A stretch of DNA of 64,000 bases from Adineta vaga (taxonomy: Eukaryota; Animalia; Rotifera), in assembly GCA_021613535.1 (NCBI GenBank), contig CP075493.1, forward strand, positions 11,656,001 through 11,720,000, written 5' to 3'. The translations under genes were made by a program, and so were the position numbers. Below are positions 23,607 through 36,296 of this stretch, piece after piece; positions within the stretch are counted from its first letter, which is position 1, and each line of letters begins with the position of its first letter. The notes beneath the pieces were generated by a model. The model did no database searches and had not been told where the DNA came from. It saw only the letters and a program-made list of their open reading frames with translations.

Positions 23607-26173
23607 ATGGCCACAAGAGGTAGCGGTAATAAAGTGTCTTCGACCAAAGAAAAAAAGAACAATCATCATCGAGACGAAGCAAATTTGTCCGACGATGATA
23701 ATGATGGACAAAAAGCTAACTATGAGAGTACAAAGTCAAAATCATCGAGAAGATCATCGGTTCCAACATCTACAAAGGAACATGTTAACGATCCTCATTT
23801 GGAAAGAACATTAGATCGACCACGTACCATCCAATTCCAATTACCTTTACGATCATTCGACTCTGTTTCTTCTTTATCTTCTAAATCATCAAAACATTCT
23901 TATACTGATTCATTATCCGGATCTTCAGCTTCATCATCCTCATCTTCATTATTTGATTCGTCTTCAGAAAACGATTCGGACTCGGAAACTTCTCCTAAGT
24001 CACATACACGTTCAAGATCTCAATCATCAAACGAAGATTTCGACGTTAAACATTGGTTCGAAAACGATATGATGGAAATGAAACATGATCTTAGAGATTT
24101 TTGTAAAAGAAAACCTTTGATCTTATATCATGAATGGAATGCTAAAGTATGTCGTGATCAATTTCGTGCTCTTAAACCGAATGATTCATCGTACGATAAA
24201 CGCCGTCGATTACTTAACGTGACAGTGATGGCTACAACTGATCGTGCGATTGTCAAAGGAAAATATACAGTTAATAATGAAACAGTTGAATTCAATTTTC
24301 CTGGCCGTATGAAAACTACTCTCTATGAACATCTATTAAAGTCACCTCAAGATGATAATATACAAGCAACATTTAAAACAACTGATGTGAATGTTGTGAA
24401 CGATGATTGTGTGAATGTATGTGATCGATTGATGACTAAAGGCTACGATCCTGTGATGCTTAATATGGCTAATTCGTCAACTCCAGGAGGTGGATTTCGT
24501 ACTGGTGCATCTGCACAAGAAGAAGATCTATTCCGTCGATCAAACTACTCTCGTAGTCTTGATATTAATTTCCCTGAAACAGCTGAAAAAAACCATAAGC
24601 GTTCATATTGTAAGTCATCCAATGAACCCGAGCCATATCCAACTAATGTATCAATGTATCCATTGGAAGACTTTGATGCTATCTATACGTCAGGTCTCTG
24701 TTTTTTTCGGCTTGATAAAGATAACGGTTATGCTTTCATGGATGAACCTCTATACGATGTTTGTTGTATAGCAATAGCTGCATCTCGAGATCCTCCAGTT
24801 AAAGATGGACAACTTTCATCAGATATAGCTGAAATAATGCGAAAGAAAGTGGAAACAATTTTTGCCATTGCACACAAGAATAAACATGATTCTTTGGTAT
24901 TGTCAGCATTTGGATGTGGTGCATTTCATAATCCACCTGAGCATGTGGCAAACATATTTAAGTCTGTCATTGAACAATACGCTGGTGTATTTCGTCGAAT
25001 CGATTTTGCGATTGTTGGCGCATCGGATAACTCACATGGAAACTATTCTATATTCAAGAAAGTACTCGATGGACTCAATGTAAAAGCACCTGAAAGAGCT
25101 AAAAGAGATAATAGTACACATGAAATGCAAAAGGATCAAAATTCATCTCGACATATGAAAAAAAGAAATGAATGTCTTTATGGAATTGAATGTCGTCTAC
25201 AATATTCAGAAAAAAATTCAACCCAACATAATACTAAATATACTCATCCATGCCGGTGGTCAGAGCTTTGTACAAATCAAGACAAAGAACCACATTTAAC
25301 TCATGCAAATCATAGAGCTCATCAATGTCGCAATCGTGATGCATGCAAAGATATCATCGATCCTGTTCATAGAGCAAAGTATCGGCATGAAAACTTGCCT
25401 GATTTCCTGGTACCATGCAAGTATCAGCAGAAATGTCGAGATTCAACATGGACTCATCGAGTGAAATATTCACATGGTGAATTGGCCGGAGGTAGGCTTC
25501 GATTGAATTGATCAAGTTTTTCTTGAAATTGCATCGATTATTTACGCATAGATGATAATAAGCATGGAACAACACGGTCAAAATCTGGTATGAATACTAA
25601 GTTTTGATTTTATCGTCAATTTCTGTCCTATACTAACTATTTCAGATCAATCGAAATCAAAATCATCGACTAATGCGAATTATATAACTGGCATGGATCA
25701 TTATGAACCAGATAATCGATCTAGTGACCATTCATATTCAAGAACTAAAGAAAGATCTACAAATAATTCAGAGTCAAAGTCATCTGGTTCTCACCATCAT
25801 GATTCGACCTCACGACGACAATCTTCCGGTATTTTAGTTTTCTTATTTTGAAGAGAAATATATCATTTTTCTTGATTCTTATCATCATTCTTAGATACTA
25901 ATTCACGAACAAAAGGAGAAGATGATCATTACCGCAAAAATCATTCCGACAAGAACAACAGTGGTACTAGTTTATTTAGCTTTGTTTGAAAAATATTCAG
26001 CTTTCTTCCATTTTTCAGATTCAACAAATTCTGGTAAAGTATCGTCAACATCAAAACACAATCGAGAGTTGACATCCATTGATAAACGATCGCATAAAAC
26101 AGAATGCAAATATGGATCACAGTGTTACAACCATGATCAGGATCATCGTTCCAAATATAAACATGAAAACTGA
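23607..26173 (+). CDS. Microbial-type PARG (TIGR02452/DUF2263 macrodomain) with Ser-rich N-terminus and five PBZ-like zinc fingers, 5 exons
   Basis: LNMANSSTPGGGFRTGASAQEEDLFRRS (GGG-x7-QEE), LVLSAFGCGAFHNPP and FRRIDFAI. C-x5-C...H-x3-Y-x-H repeats follow. Four phase-1 GT-AG introns after 25491 lead to KTECKYGSQCYNHDQDHRSKYKHEN*. Confidence 0.88.
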
Positions 26174-26401
26174 TAAAAACTCGTTCCAAATTTTTCTAAC
26201 TTCTTCAATGTGTAGGAAAATTCAAGATTTATTTTGAATATCAATAACAATATCCTAAATAATAGATGTAAAGAATGAGATTTTTACGGTTTGCAAGAAA
26301 AAAAATAGCATAAAATATAGAAATGATCTTATTGTTGCTACTCGTAAAAGAATTTTCCTCAATGATTATATGAACAGTTTTAGATTTAAAGCTAAAATAC
26401 G

Positions 26402-27322
26402 ATGAGCGTTCAACGAAATTCCCGTAGACGAAGTACGTCGGTAAGTAGACTGAATAGATGAATTTTTACAATGACAATTGATTTCGGCACTAACGAAGTT
26501 TTTAGAAAAACGCTTGTTAATAAATTCATTTACGATTCTAACTCTTTATATTATAAGATATCCGCTGATGCTTCCCGTAGCATTCATCGTCGACCATCAA
26601 GACATCGGTCCAGCACACGCCCTCGTTCACACTCGCACCATAGCAGACACTCCTCTCGTCGACGCAAACCTCGCTCAAATCATCGACATAGACAACGAAG
26701 TCATTCTCATCATCATCAAACTAGACGAAGTAGCACAGGCAGTATGCATCGCAAACGGAATAATAATGATAATACTGCATTCATTGAGAGCTCTCTTCAT
26801 CTACACAACAAATTACGTCGTCGACATGGTGCTCGAGCACTTCAGTTGAACAACGATCTTTGTAATCTAGCTCAAAAATGGGGTTCATTATTTCAATTTT
26901 TGAATATTAATCTTTAAAGAATTTATGTTCTTTTATAGCAAATTATCTTGCCGAAAAAACTCAATTTAAACATAGTGGAACGGAATATCGAGGTAGTAAA
27001 CTCGGTGAAAATCTATATTATCAATCGAATCCGATGGAAGGTCAGGTATATTATCAAATACAATATAATATAGATAGATATGTTTTCAGGAGGTAAAGAG
27101 TCAACAAAAGCATGGTATAATGAGATTAAAGATTATGACTTTAACCGTGGTGAATTTAGTCAAGCAACAGGCCATTTTACTCAACTAGTATGGAAAGAGT
27201 CGAAAGAAGTAGGGTTTGGCCTAGCGAAAGGTGCATCAATGTACTACACTGTTGCTATGTACTTTCCGGCAGGCAATATCGACGACCAATTCATGCAAAA
27301 TGTGCTTCCAGTAGCGCGATAA
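26402..27322 (+). CDS. CAP/SCP (GAPR-1/GLIPR2-like) protein with Arg/Ser/His-rich N-terminus, 4 exons
   Basis: HNKLRRRHG, AQKWA, KHS, GENL, WYNE, GHFTQLVWK and YFPAGN, joined by GT-AG introns (26441-26557, 26883-26938, ~27041-27089). Confidence 0.88.
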
Positions 27323-28136
27323 CTTTTTTATTTAATCAACTGATCTTCTTTAATAAAAAAAGAGTTCAAAACTTATTTTCCATAAATTATATCTGTAGAA
27401 GAGCGACCTTTCGGTAACAATTTCTAGCATAAATATAAATTCTAAATCATGTTTACTGCAGATGGATTGAGAAACATTGTGAAGAAATAGTGAAAGAAAG
27501 AAAATGCATTTGTGTTATTCTTTTTGTTCTTGTCTTCAACATAAATAAAACGAAATCAAGAAAAAAATTCTCATGACAGTTTAAACCTGTTTTCAACAAG
27601 AATTTATACGTAAAGGCTATTGAATAGTTATTGCTCTTCTAAAGCTATGCTCTAATAAATTCAAAGAAGTCTTTTCTAAATTTTAATAAGACTTTTACCA
27701 GGTTCATATTTGCAAAAATAGCACCTGCGTTGAAGATTGCTTTCAGAAGTCTTATGCCAACATGTGCTCATTGCACAACAGACTATACGTGGTAATTCAG
27801 GTCATCTATCTTAGTAAGCGCAGGCATCAGAGCATCTTGGTAATTGTGTCAATAATTAACTCCCGTCCGTAATGTTTTTTCTCCCATCTATGATTTTTTC
27901 CCTTGGACGAAAGAACATAATCTATACTATATGACTCATCGTCAAAACCTTACATGTAGATGATTCAAAGATACGAAGTGGTTGAATAAAAAAATATTTT
28001 TGTTGTTCGCTTTTTGCGTGTTATAAAACAGAACGCAAAACATACCACATTTTCATTACCTGTCGACTTTTGTCATCATTTGAAATATTTTGTCCTATAA
28101 CTGGTAAAATATTGTAAAAAACATTACATACGAAAT

Positions 28137-30561
28137 ATGTCGTCGAAAAAAAGTCCTTCACATTCAGCTTCAAAAACGCATCGACATTCTCGTCCAAATT
28201 CGCGCTCAGAATCAAGATCACGTTCAGCTACAAAATCGCGACGAGGTTCTCATCCTGATTCGCGGTCAACATCAAAATCTCGGTCACATTCACGTACGTC
28301 AAAAAGTGCATCGAGAAATCAACATCAGAAGCAAAAGAAGCATCACTATAGAAATCAATACCGCCATTTAAAATACCATGCTGCCGTCGAATATCGTTGT
28401 CTTAATCAAAAAAACGATTTCGTTAAAAATCAAAGCGAGCTTATACGAAAAATTCTAGATCATGCGAACAAAGAAAACTGGAGTAAATCGCATTCAATTC
28501 CACATGATTTTATATCTTATATTCGTCATCTACAACCGGTTCACCAATGTGCACCAGAAATATTTGAGTCAATCTGTATTCTTGGTCACGTACTAAGTAA
28601 AGAGTATAGAGATGACTTAATCAATCCGAGCAAAGCGGTAGAAATTGCAATCCAACACAATGGAGTACGACGGCTTATTCCCGATCTGCTCGTAGATGAT
28701 GCTGATATTTATATTACAAATGTAATCGAGCGCGAGTACGACAAACACAATAATTTACAACTTAGAGAAAACGAGCATCGTAGTATAATTAAAGAGAAGG
28801 GCACTCTGTTGAAGGTGAATCTTGGAGAGAAAACGGTCCGTAAGATTAAAGATTATGCTATTCGTGTTGCAAAGGCAGCACTCACACTTCTGGAGAACAA
28901 ACCAGGAGTTAATCATGACAAAGACAAAGACTTTGGTACGGACCGACATATTTTTGCCATTCTCGGTCCACATCCTGGTAATTATGGTGATGTTTTTATC
29001 GTTTTCAAACGTGAAATCATGCTACATCCAGATTCTAACTTTTCAAGTTCAGCAGCCACTACATACGGACAATCTTCAAATGCCTACAAACATCAACCGT
29101 GGTTAACTGATCCCAAAGCAGAGAAAGAACGAATTCTCTGTTTTCACTCAAATAAAATGCATTGTTCTATAAATGGTTACGAAAATGTTGCAGCACATTC
29201 ATTGATGGCCTTATGTGGGAAAGACACGAATACTTTGAAAGTTAGTTTAAAAAAAGCACAAGAATGGTGGTGTGATCAAGATCCACATTTTGTTTTCGAA
29301 GCTCATCTTCCTTCGAGAGTTCCTCTCGACTATATCGATAGTATTTATATGCCAAAGAACGTTTTCAAGTCGTATTCTCCTCAACTTCAAAAATCTTTAC
29401 GTCAATTTTTTGGTCACTCACTCCACGTCACGCAACATGATGTCGATCAAAATGATAAAAAAAATCGTGGTGAATTAACCGATAAAAATTCACGTTCAGC
29501 CTATCAAAAATATGTGAATGACAATTTGATAAAGAAGTTTTCACGCAGTAAACAAAATCTATCTCATCGCATGCGTGGAACTGCACTTACTGTGGCACAA
29601 AGTGAATTCGTGGAACATATTCGTCTTCCTATGACAATTTCTCAACAATGCACTCTACAAATGCAACTTTCGAAAAACAAAATGAATCTATCATCGAAAT
29701 CACCTACTTATATTTATTGGCAAGCGATGTGGGGTGACATGATGTTAACAGTATCGAATGAGCCTCTTAATATTCGTAGTCTCAGTGATAAAAATCTTCA
29801 ATGTCTTGTCTGTTATATTGCCCGAGTTCCATCTCCTCTTGATAAAGATTATCAAGAATCGTATTCTTATATAACCAACGGCACACCCTTACAGCATAAA
29901 TTTAACATATCTCGACGTAATTACCACGTAGGATCGCACACATTTCATCGTCATTGTAAATTTGATGATTACGTTACCTATCGACTGAAAATTGAACGAG
30001 ATAATGGTCAAGTAACACTCTCTCATGCTGGCCGAGATAGTTATCATAATAAAGAAAAACTCATCTACCGATTTAAGAAGAGCGAGCTTGATTTGAGCAA
30101 GCTTATTTACGTACACATATCGGCAAATGAACATCCGGTAGCAATACGAAATTTAACAATTCGGTTTGAACGGGCGCATCACTCACATACTTCAGTTAAG
30201 CATACCACTGGCCATCGTCGTTCCAGCAAACAAGGAAACTCACAGACGCGTCGTTCTCAATCACGAAAAGGTAAAATCTTAGACTTCTTTTTCAGTTATA
30301 CGCATACTAATGAACTTTGTATTCATTTTCTTTAGGTAGTTTATCATCAAGTCGTGGACGAAATCGAAGCAGATCTTCTGGTACTAGTCATCGCTCTCGA
30401 TCGACATCAAAGAATCGAAAACCGCGACGTACATCTGGTAAATATCAGCATAAAGATCTATTCCATTGTCCTTTGAAACAATTGTCTCTATTTTAGTTGC
30501 CAGTTCAAAACGTTCTACATCTCGTCATAGATCAAAATCAAGTGATCCTCATTCTCATTAA
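28137..30561 (+). CDS. Uncharacterised protein with RS-rich termini and a central putative ADP-ribosyltransferase-like domain, 3 exons
   Basis: Long ORF plus two RS-rich exons ending TAA at 30559-30561. The core GTDRHIFAILG..NYGDVFIVFKRE...FEAHLPSRVPLDYIDSIY resembles ART-fold strand and catalytic-Glu patterns. The gene itself is confident; the fold call is tentative. Confidence 0.6.
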
Positions 30562-30804
30562 CACTACCGGAAACATGGCAAGCGACGTACTTCGCATCGA
30601 ATATATTCAAAAATTCAATAAATCACCGACCAACATGTTATTTGTCTTGATTTCACCTGTATTCATTTATTGTTACAATTCTGTTCCCTTCTATTTCATT
30701 TCAAAATAAACTCGAAAAAGTTTTTTTTAACAATTCTGTATTTGTGTAACAGAGAAGATATTAAAACGAAAGGATCGAAGTTTTGATCAAGCAAAAATCT
30801 CAGT

Positions 30805-30874
30805 TGAGGGTGGGTGAGGGTGCGGATGTTAGATAGATGTAATATTAACACACATACCCAAACCCTCATCCACA
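30805..30874. repeat. TGAGGG-arm / CCCTCA-arm hairpin element
   Basis: tgagggtgggtgagggtg ... cacatacccaaaccctca are imperfect inverted arms around a spacer shared with 9446-9486. Confidence 0.65.
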
Positions 30875-31253
30875 TGAATTTGAATGATTTTTTGGGTTTA
30901 AATCAATCTAATACATAATACAACCTAAAACACAAAAAATGTGAAGTTACCAATGTCACCGCCGAGGTAGGTAACTTTCATTATCATCCAAGAGTCACTT
31001 CAAAAACGATGTAACACGAAATATTCAAGAAAAATCGATCAACATTTTTTGTATAACCATAATTCTTAGATGAGTCACGAACTAAATTTTAACGTAGCAA
31101 ATGTTTTTTTGTCGATGACGTGTTCTGTAATCATTTGTCATAGTTTCGTGTATTTTTGAAAATCATCCGTTAGTGTGCTCGAGGCATACCTTTTCTCCCA
31201 CATTTTCTCCCACGTTTTCTCTCTTCATCTGTTCTGACACACTATTACTCAAC

Positions 31254-31269
31254 GTGTGTGTGTGTGTGT
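31254..31269. repeat. (TG)n microsatellite
   Basis: gtgtgtgtgtgtgtgt. Confidence 0.7.
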
Positions 31270-31383
31270 TTAAGCATTTTATATTTGTCGATTCTTATGG
31301 CTTTTTTTTTCTTTTGGTATAAAAGACACCTATACCTCTCATACTTCGAACATTGCTTATTGTGAAAAGAAATAGTTACGAAA

Positions 31384-33106
31384 ATGAGTTATTCAGAAAA
31401 CCCATCAGTCAGTAAACCACAGAACGATTTACGAAAGGAACATCAAGAACGGCACAAACCAAATGATTCTGAACCATCATCATTCAAATCTCGACCTTGT
31501 CGCGATGGTTTAGACTGCATTCTTTATGATTCTATTACTCATTGCTCAAAATATTCGCATCCGTGTCGATTTGCGCATCGATGCAATAAAAAAACTACGG
31601 AGCCGAATTTTACCCACGAACCTAATCCTACTCAACAGTGTAGATATGATGAGCAATGTCGAAAGATCAATGACCCACTTCATCGTGCAAGTTATTGGCA
31701 CTCGAATAAATCTGACTATCTACGAGCTTGTCGTGATCACGTACGATGTTCCGACAATTCATTTGAACATCGATCCCAATATGCACACGGAGAATATAAA
31801 TCAAGTACTTATTTTCATTTCTTTTACAAAACATAAAGCATATCATTACTTTAGTCTTCAATTCTAAACCATTGCCAGTACATTCTCAACATAATAATGA
31901 TCATCAACATATTCATAAGAAAGATTCACACAAACAAAGTACCGACAAAAGTTCTAAAACAATCGATCGTGCAAGAAATACGTCCTCGAATCATTCTCCA
32001 CCTGATCGAACGCAATTGCAAAGAAAAGAAAAAATACAAAGTCCTGACCGATCTACGAGTCAAGAAAAAGCAAGCGTACATAAAAAACCTGGCAACAAAG
32101 AAAATACGACCAGCGGAAGACGATCACAAAGCCGAGGCAGATCAAATAGCAAAGGTCGATCACAAAGTCGAAAACGATCGCAAAGCCGAGAAAAACTAAA
32201 ATCAGAACGAAAACCAAGCAATAAAGAAAAATCGAGCAGTGGAAGACGATCACAAAGTCGAGACCGATCAATTAGCAAAGGTCGATCACAAAGCCGAGGT
32301 AGATCAAACAGTAAAGGTCGATCCAAAAGCCAAGAAAAATCAAAAATACAAGGAAAATTGGACAATCGCGACAAAAAGGGAACTGATGAAAGATCGCAGG
32401 ATCGAAGCAGATCCAAGAGCCGAGAAAAATCAAAAACACAAAGAAAACTGGGTAACCAAGATAAATTGCACAGTGAAAGAGGGGCACGAAGTCGAAGTAG
32501 ATCACAAAGTCGAACAAAATCCGATGGCTCTACTTCTCAGGATTCAACAAGTAAGATTCAGTAAAATATTTTTACTTTTGATGCCTAAAACTTTCCGATA
32601 AAGTTGTAAGTTTCAGTAATGAGTTACTGTCAAAGATGTATGTGATGCGCTATTATAGTGAGCAGGTCTTTCTGGCACAGAAACAAATATGCCGAAAGGA
32701 GACTTTTTCGGATTGTGAAGAATATGAAGCGGAAGCCATAATATCTACAAAAGATTTTTCTCCTGATCTACTTTCGATGATAAAAATAGGCGTGGATGAT
32801 GATGATTATGTATGTATGTATGTATCTCTTTTTCATTCTTACTATATTCATCCTCAAGTCAGAGAATAGATTTTTTTGAATCTAATTATACAATATGGTA
32901 TTTCTTCTTTAGAAGTTTTATCATCAGTACCAGAAAACACTCCGAAATCAATTTTACGTCCTTCTCGCCGTTCAAGATCTAGAGATTCAGCTGGAAATGG
33001 TTCGTAGAAATTTTTGTGAACTTAATATAACCTCTTTGTCTCTATAGAATTTAAGAATAATGCTGCACGAGGTCGATTCTCAAGATCAAGAAGTGAATCG
33101 AAATAA
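31384..33106 (+). CDS. PBZ-like four-zinc-finger cassette protein with long RS/KS-rich basic tail, 4 exons
   Basis: The finger cassette is collinear with that of the PARG gene. Intron 31805-31854 joins it in frame to hexapeptide repeats (RSQSRG/RSNSKG). Further phase-1 introns lead to the stop at 33104-33106. Confidence 0.8.
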
Positions 33107-33941
33107 GATCGTTAGATTCAGTCTAAATTTTATCTGAAGAAAAAAAAACTCTTATTTTCTTCTAGAACTTATCATTGTTTTGAAACTCTTGTATCAGTCA
33201 AGAATCTAATAAACTAATTGATCCCATTTGGAAAACATTCATATTATATTCATTGAGATTGCAGAGAATAAGATAGTTATCGGATATAACTGCCGTATTA
33301 TTTATCGTTAGAATATGTATGAACGTTTGTAGATTAATAATCACGTTCACTTATACGCTCATACCATTACCTAAAAGTTTCAGAATCAAGGAGACAATAT
33401 TTTAGTGCTTTCGAACAAGATCAATCAGTATTTCCTTTTAATGAATGTATAAATCAAATATGATTCCATAAATTCACATATACTCTCGAACAATTTGATC
33501 ATTGCTCGAGTATAGACTGGTGATATACAACTCAATACTCAACGCATGAGCAAAATTACAGAGTCAATAACTGTTTTGTACATTTTTTCAATAGATAAAC
33601 TTATGAATTCGAAATAAACGTGTATGTATTAATTATAGAACAATAAAGATTAAGAGAAGCAGTTACGCTCATATAAAAGATGACAACATTAGTAAAATGT
33701 TTTGAATTATTATTTAACGTAAAAAAAACAAATTATGAAGCCAAAGAAAAATCTGCATGTCGAATCAGATTATCAATTTGAATATAGAACATATAAAATA
33801 AAGAAATATGTATATTGGGAACAGAAATTTTATTTTAAAATTAATAATTAGTCATTGTCTTTTTCTTTGTACTGTTATGATATTAATAGTACTCGGTAGA
33901 GTAGTATTTGGCAATACACATTGTATTTGCAAGGGACGAAA

Positions 33942-34928
33942 TCATACTATATCCAACTTAGTAAATATCGACTGTAGTCCAACAAGCCAACAACGTTTCA
34001 TTTCTAAGCGAAATTTTGAACCAGTAAGTGTATAAATATAAAATCCAATTACAGGATTAGTAGTGTAAAGAAGGAGAGCTAAAGTATTCGCACAGTTATA
34101 AATTTCTCGTTCCAATAGTGAAGGTCTATAATCGGCCATGACTGAACCAAATGCATAATACATACAAGTACCAACATAGGGAATGGAGATTAGAATAGTA
34201 ATCAGTATTTGAAACAGGAGCATGATTGCCATTTGACGATCATTTGAACGTAAACGTTCATTTCGTGCATTATCAATGTTTGGAACAATACGATTGTGAA
34301 TATTACGAACATTACGAACAATCAAAAGACCAAAAATACACATCAATACTATCGGTAAAATACAAGCGACAATAGGTCCAAAAAAATTGAAGAAAATAAA
34401 GTAATCATACGATGACATAGCACAAACAAACATACGACCAGTCCAAAACGATTCAACATAAATTAACATATGTACATGTATTAAAAGAAATATTATACAA
34501 ATACCTATAATAACTCGTTGTGAAATTGACGATCTACTCAATTGGCGAAAACGTACACTTTGTGAAGTTGAAAGGAAACGATCGATACTAGAAAGAACAG
34601 GAAACCATAAAGTAAGAGAAAATGGTAGGTATTGACCAATATTCCATAATTTACATAAAACAGTGCTACTCTGTAATGAATCTATATTCCAGCTAACTGA
34701 AATATAACGTACCAAGATAAATACATAAATAAGAAAAAAATTATTGATTGAACTGGCTAAAAAGTAGATCCCACATGAATTAGTACGTAGAGTAGGACGA
34801 GTGAAAATGATGATATTAAACAGATTTCCAAATGTTCCAAGCGCAATTTGAGATAATGGAATGATTTGATTCATCCAAAATGTCGCCCGATTTATTTTTT
34901 CCATCAATTCAAACATTTGATTCGACAT
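33942..34928 (-). CDS. Rhodopsin-like orphan GPCR, intronless
   Basis: Seven TM segments, GN in TM1, SIDRF, NDRQMAIMLL and GFYIYTLTGSKFR. Confidence 0.9.
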   Translation of the reverse strand: MSNQMFELMEKINRATFWMNQIIPLSQIALGTFGNLFNIIIFTRPTLRTNSCGIYFLASSINNFFLIYVFILVRYISVSWNIDSLQSSTVLCKLWNIGQYLPFSLTLWFPVLSSIDRFLSTSQSVRFRQLSRSSISQRVIIGICIIFLLIHVHMLIYVESFWTGRMFVCAMSSYDYFIFFNFFGPIVACILPIVLMCIFGLLIVRNVRNIHNRIVPNIDNARNERLRSNDRQMAIMLLFQILITILISIPYVGTCMYYAFGSVMADYRPSLLEREIYNCANTLALLLYTTNPVIGFYIYTLTGSKFRLEMKRCWLVGLQSIFTKLDIV

Positions 34929-36296
34929 GATAATAATGTAATGTCAACCTTGAGATGATATATTATTGACTGTGTTCTTTTTTGTGTGTTTGATTAGCTA
35001 TCAAAAAATTAGAAACGTAGGATTTAACATCTGTCGTTCGATACATTTGAATTTTCTTCCAAATAAAAGTAAACACTTACTTGTGTGAGCAAATAAAGTT
35101 TTGAAAATACATGGCACGTTTTTTTTACCAAATCATTTAAATGCGATGATGTTATATACAAGAAAAACAATTATCTATATCTCTCTAAAAGTTTTATGTT
35201 TGATCATGAGACGGAAAAGATATCATCCATGTTCATTATCTCAAAAGCTATACTAGATTAATTACGAATTGAGAAAGAAGAAGTTTAAAGGCTGTACAAT
35301 CACATTATTTTTATCTTTCAATTAGGATAAAGTCAAATGATGAGATAATATTTTTTAAATCAGACGTGTCTATTTTGATACTCAGTCACAAGACAAAATA
35401 AGTGCCCAAGTCGTGATTATTACAGCAGAGTTGTATAGACGGATGTTTCTGTGAACTTGCCAGCGATTACTTAAAAACATTCGCTGCAGTAACATTTTAA
35501 AGCGAAGATTCAATCGTATCAATCCACGACTAATTTCATGATTAGTATTGTGTTTCTATATGCGCAAGAATCTATAAGATGATAAACGGATTTAAAGCCA
35601 ATTTTCATGTTCCAAGAGTACCAAAGCTATGGATAAAGACGTTTTGTTCTCCTGTTACCCACACTCTCAAGATTAAATTTAATTTAATTGGATTTGATAC
35701 GCCATCGAAGACATCACAAGGTAGAAACAAAAATATCCACGATAATGATGATCGAAAGAATTGTATAGTAGATTGTACGATAGCCCACGCTCGTTCTTTG
35801 TTACTATGAAGGTCTATGGAATATGAAATGGATTCTATTAAATGTCAATCATTATGATTACTAACGTATTTTATTCATCGGGCATCATAGAATATTCGAG
35901 CGTTTGTGTATGTAGATCCTTATTTCAATATCGAAAACAGCAAATTCTGTGCTATCCTGTGATTTTATGGAAGCAACAATCCGGATTGGAAAGATTTTGT
36001 TGTTGTTTGATACTGCCCAAACAATTTCAGGGTGTTGGTTTTTATATAGTGATGAATAAGAAGTCTGTTGAAGATAATTTTTTTCTGTATATTTATGTGT
36101 GATTAGTATTTAACAAAACTGAGATATTAGTTTGGATGAAAATATTAAAGAGTCAATCAGTAACTATCGACTATACATTTTAAAATTAAGTATATTCAGC
36201 AAATTATTCTCGTTCTCCTTGAATTTAACTGTAGATCGTTTTAGCTAGATGTTTATCCGACGAATACTTAAATCATTTTTCTTTCAAATTACAATT

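Noticed and set aside
32110-32520. CRISPR-like or non-coding tandem array
   Set aside because: The repeats are degenerate, codon-phased, lack unique spacers and lie in a eukaryotic exon.
32053-32601. Several overlapping alternative-frame and antisense ORFs
   Set aside because: By-products of the 18-bp RS-coding repeat; only the RS frame splices in phase to the finger exon.
23565-33106. Bacterial contaminant operon as the explanation for the PARG cluster
   Set aside because: All four genes have frame-preserving GT-AG introns and host-like composition, and they are flanked by animal genes.
33481-33520. Short hairpin (ctcgaacaat/attgctcgag) followed by CTGG, as a possible Helitron 3' end
   Set aside because: Spacing is atypical and there is no 5' end or second copy in the window.
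35579-36102. Two short ORFs
   Set aside because: No motifs, splice support or coding-like composition.
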